From the NCBI GenBank assembly GCA_948433885.1, contig CAOJEC010000005.1, forward strand, positions 1 to 45,664: a stretch of 45,664 nucleotides of DNA, given 5' to 3'. Both the position numbers and the translations under genes were made by a program. The notes beneath the pieces were generated by a model that was given only the letters and a program-made list of their open reading frames with translations, was not told the DNA's origin and made no database searches. Below are positions 43,206 through 45,664 of this stretch, piece after piece. This DNA is from an uncultured bacterium. GTDB taxonomy: Bacteria > Bacillota_I > Bacilli_A > RF39 > UBA660. Every line of letters starts with the position of its first letter. Position 1 is the first letter of the stretch.

Positions 43206-43556
43206 GTGAGAATATTTACTTCATTCATGGCCGTCGGTCTCATTTGTATGATCGCCAGCTTGATATACGACACTACTAAGTTTACTCCAGGACACATAAC
43301 GAGTCTATTCGTCGTAATCGGAGGACTTCTAGGAATATTCGGATTCTACGATGTGTTAATGGACAAATTCGGATATGGACTAGGATTACCTATAACATCT
43401 TTCGGAAACAGTCTCGTAAAATCTGCCTATGAAGGATTCCAAGAGTGTGGTTTCTTCGGACTATTTAGAGGAATGTACGTTTCGACTTCCGCAGGAATAA
43501 GCGGCGCGATCATTCTGAGTTTCATAACGGCTCTCATTGCCAAACCAAAAGATTGA
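43206..43556 (+). CDS. spoVAE: Stage V sporulation protein AE (SpoVAEb-type)
   Basis: TPGHI, LPITSFGNSL, SAGI, C-terminal KPK. Confidence 0.9.
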   Translation: MRIFTSFMAVGLICMIASLIYDTTKFTPGHITSLFVVIGGLLGIFGFYDVLMDKFGYGLGLPITSFGNSLVKSAYEGFQECGFFGLFRGMYVSTSAGISGAIILSFITALIAKPKD

Positions 43557-43648
43557 TTCGTCGATCTTTTTTTTGACAATTTTTCGTACATGATGAGCAT
43601 TGACTCATAGATAGAGTTCATCGTATACTCGTATAAAGAAGACGCACA

Positions 43649-43945
43649 TCATCTCTCATGTTCTTTAAAAAATTCTTCTAATGGAATTTCTAGAACTTTA
43701 CTTATACTGGCAATCACCGAAATGGAAAACGACTGCTTGACTTTTTCACTTTCGATATTGGCGATCAACGATTGTGAAACATTACACAGTTCTGCCAACC
43801 TCTCTTGTGTTATTCTTCCTCGACTGTCGGCAAATCTAGAATGATTATATAATCTATAGTATCGCACATTGCGAGATATCATCAGAAATATTTTATCTAA
43901 CTCTTCATCGGTAATTATTTCAGTTATCACAATTTGATCACCCAC
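43649..43945 (-). CDS. XRE-family HTH regulator
   Basis: ITQERLAELCNVSQSLIANIES; divergent from the 44154 gene. Confidence 0.85.
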   Translation of the reverse strand: MGDQIVITEIITDEELDKIFLMISRNVRYYRLYNHSRFADSRGRITQERLAELCNVSQSLIANIESEKVKQSFSISVIASISKVLEIPLEEFFKEHER

Positions 43946-44153
43946 TGACTATAATTATCTAAAAATAGTAGAACAATGTCCATTGATATAAAGTAGAATT
44001 TTATCTAAACATGATGATATTAACGATTGTATATACAAAACATTTGTTGTATAATATAAATCAAGATAGATAAGAAAAATAACATAGTAGTCACAAAACG
44101 ACAAGATATTATTCTTGCTTGTGATAATCTATTTTGAGAGAAGAGGATCTATT

Positions 44154-45664
44154 ATGAATTTGAAAACGAAGAGAATGATGTGTTTGTTAGTCGCAGTTGC
44201 ATCAGTACTAACAATTGTCGGAAGTGTATCTTATGCATACTTCACCGCGATGGGAGAAGTTACTCCTATGGATGCGACTTTGAACACGGCACATGTAAGT
44301 GCCAAGTTCAGTGATAACGATTTGGGATTTAATGCTGTATTGAACTTCGGAGAATCAGCAACGAAAAAGTTCACGATCGAGAATACTGGGACTGCCGATG
44401 CTAAGGTAAAGATGTTCTTCGATGAGATGATCAACACATATATCGAAGGAAGTCTAACTTATACACTTTCTTACAGTGAAACTGAAGATGGTACATACAC
44501 TGAAGTAGTGAATAAAACAAATGTTCCACAATCTCAAAATGCTTCTAAGAAAATCTTAGCAAACAGTTTGACTATCCCAGTAGGCAAGACATACTATTAT
44601 ACTTTAGAAATAACTTTAAATTACTTGAGTGATGTCAATCAAGATGCAGATATAAATGCAATATTCAATACAAAGTTTAAAGTGGAAGACATAAATACGA
44701 AAAGCTCTATCGAAAAAATAATAGCGTCTTCAAATGGAATGAAAACAAATTTTGATGACCCAGCAACAACTGACGAAGGAATTTTCGAAATGGAAGATGA
44801 CTACGGGACGAGTTATTACTATAGAGGAGCAGTGACAAACAATTATGTGAAGTTCGCAGGATTCTATTGGAGAATCATCAGAGTCAATGGAGATGGATCA
44901 CTGAGAATAATGTACGATGGAACACAAGCTTATACAAATGGAACAAACGATGCGGATAGCTTCATCAATACAAACATACAGTACAATACAAATTCTAATG
45001 ACAACAAATATGTAGGATGGATGTATGGACCAGCAGGGGCTGACTCTAGTACAAGTAAAGAAGAGGCTCAAACAAATACGGTTGATTCTACAATCAAGGA
45101 AGTAGTAGACGCATGGTACAAGACAAATATAGTGGATGCAGGCTATGAAAGTGCAGTATCGGATACACTGTTTTGTAATGATAGGAGCACACCAGGAAAG
45201 GCAGCAACAGGATGGAGTAGAGATACAGGATTAGGCTATGGAACAAATGAAACAGCCTATGGAGCAATAGCAAGAACAAGTGTTTATAATAAACTAGCAA
45301 GTGCACCAACATTCAAATGCTTACAAAAGAACGATGCATTTACAGTGAATGACACGAGTAAAGGAAACGGAGCACTAACATATCCAGTAGGACTAATAAC
45401 CGCGGATGAAATAGTAGCCGCAGGGTCGGGAAAGTATAATACCAATAATACAAGTTATTATTTATACAATCCAAATTATTGGTACTGGTCGCTCTCGCCT
45501 TGCTATTATAGCGGCTATGCTTCTGTATTCTTTGTGTATACTTCCGGTCAGCTCCGCTATAACGGTGTGTACAACGGTAGTGCCGTCGCGCCAGTTATCA
45601 ACCTGAGCTCAGAATACGTGAAAACCTTGAGAGGAACAGGAACAACAACAGATCCATACCAAGC
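44154..45664 (+). CDS. Secreted SipW/TasA-type protein with C-terminal lectin-like domain, probable DGR target (runs off the window)
   Basis: AGAGGA RBS; hand translation is open to the window end: ...IVGSVSYAYFTA signal, KFTIENTGT, YYYRG...NNYVKFAG..WRIIRVNGDG, PVGLITADE, YWSLSP...AVAPVINL...GTGT..DPY. Confidence 0.85.
   Translation, partial: MNLKTKRMMCLLVAVASVLTIVGSVSYAYFTAMGEVTPMDATLNTAHVSAKFSDNDLGFNAVLNFGESATKKFTIENTGTADAKVKMFFDEMINTYIEGSLTYTLSYSETEDGTYTEVVNKTNVPQSQNASKKILANSLTIPVGKTYYYTLEITLNYLSDVNQDADINAIFNTKFKVEDINTKSSIEKIIASSNGMKTNFDDPATTDEGIFEMEDDYGTSYYYRGAVTNNYVKFAGFYWRIIRVNGDGSLRIMYDGTQAYTNGTNDADSFINTNIQYNTNSNDNKYVGWMYGPAGADSSTSKEEAQTNTVDSTIKEVVDAWYKTNIVDAGYESAVSDTLFCNDRSTPGKAATGWSRDTGLGYGTNETAYGAIARTSVYNKLASAPTFKCLQKNDAFTVNDTSKGNGALTYPVGLITADEIVAAGSGKYNTNNTSYYLYNPNYWYWSLSPCYYSGYASVFFVYTSGQLRYNGVYNGSAVAPVINLSSEYVKTLRGTGTTTDPYQ

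Overview
AT-rich chromosomal window from a small-genome, spore-gene-bearing Firmicute (gene content suggests an RF39-like Bacilli lineage; inference), standard genetic code. Core genes: uvrB, an SDR, CBS-type ppaC, tRNA-Arg(ACG), clpP, a gerA-type operon, tagO, secG-rnr-smpB...ssrA, a hybrid histidine kinase, an ABC exporter, pepF (nonsense-interrupted) and a sigF-like sigma factor with spoVAC-D-E. Accessory regions: (i) a decaying RHS polymorphic toxin/immunity array ending in a holin (1-4.2 kb); (ii) integrase-less mini-islands at tRNA-Arg and tmRNA bounded by CCA-centred att-like scars; (iii) a two-gene PD-(D/E)XK nuclease + beta-CASP hydrolase module whose nuclease carries a catalytically dead PolC/DnaE-like fragment (candidate decoy-type defence system); (iv) at the right edge, a gene missing from the ORF track encoding a SipW/TasA-type secreted protein whose C-terminal lectin-like segment has the codon signature of a diversity-generating retroelement variable region. 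No RT or template repeat was seen in the window. Host genes are strongly enriched in TCGA relative to the islands.
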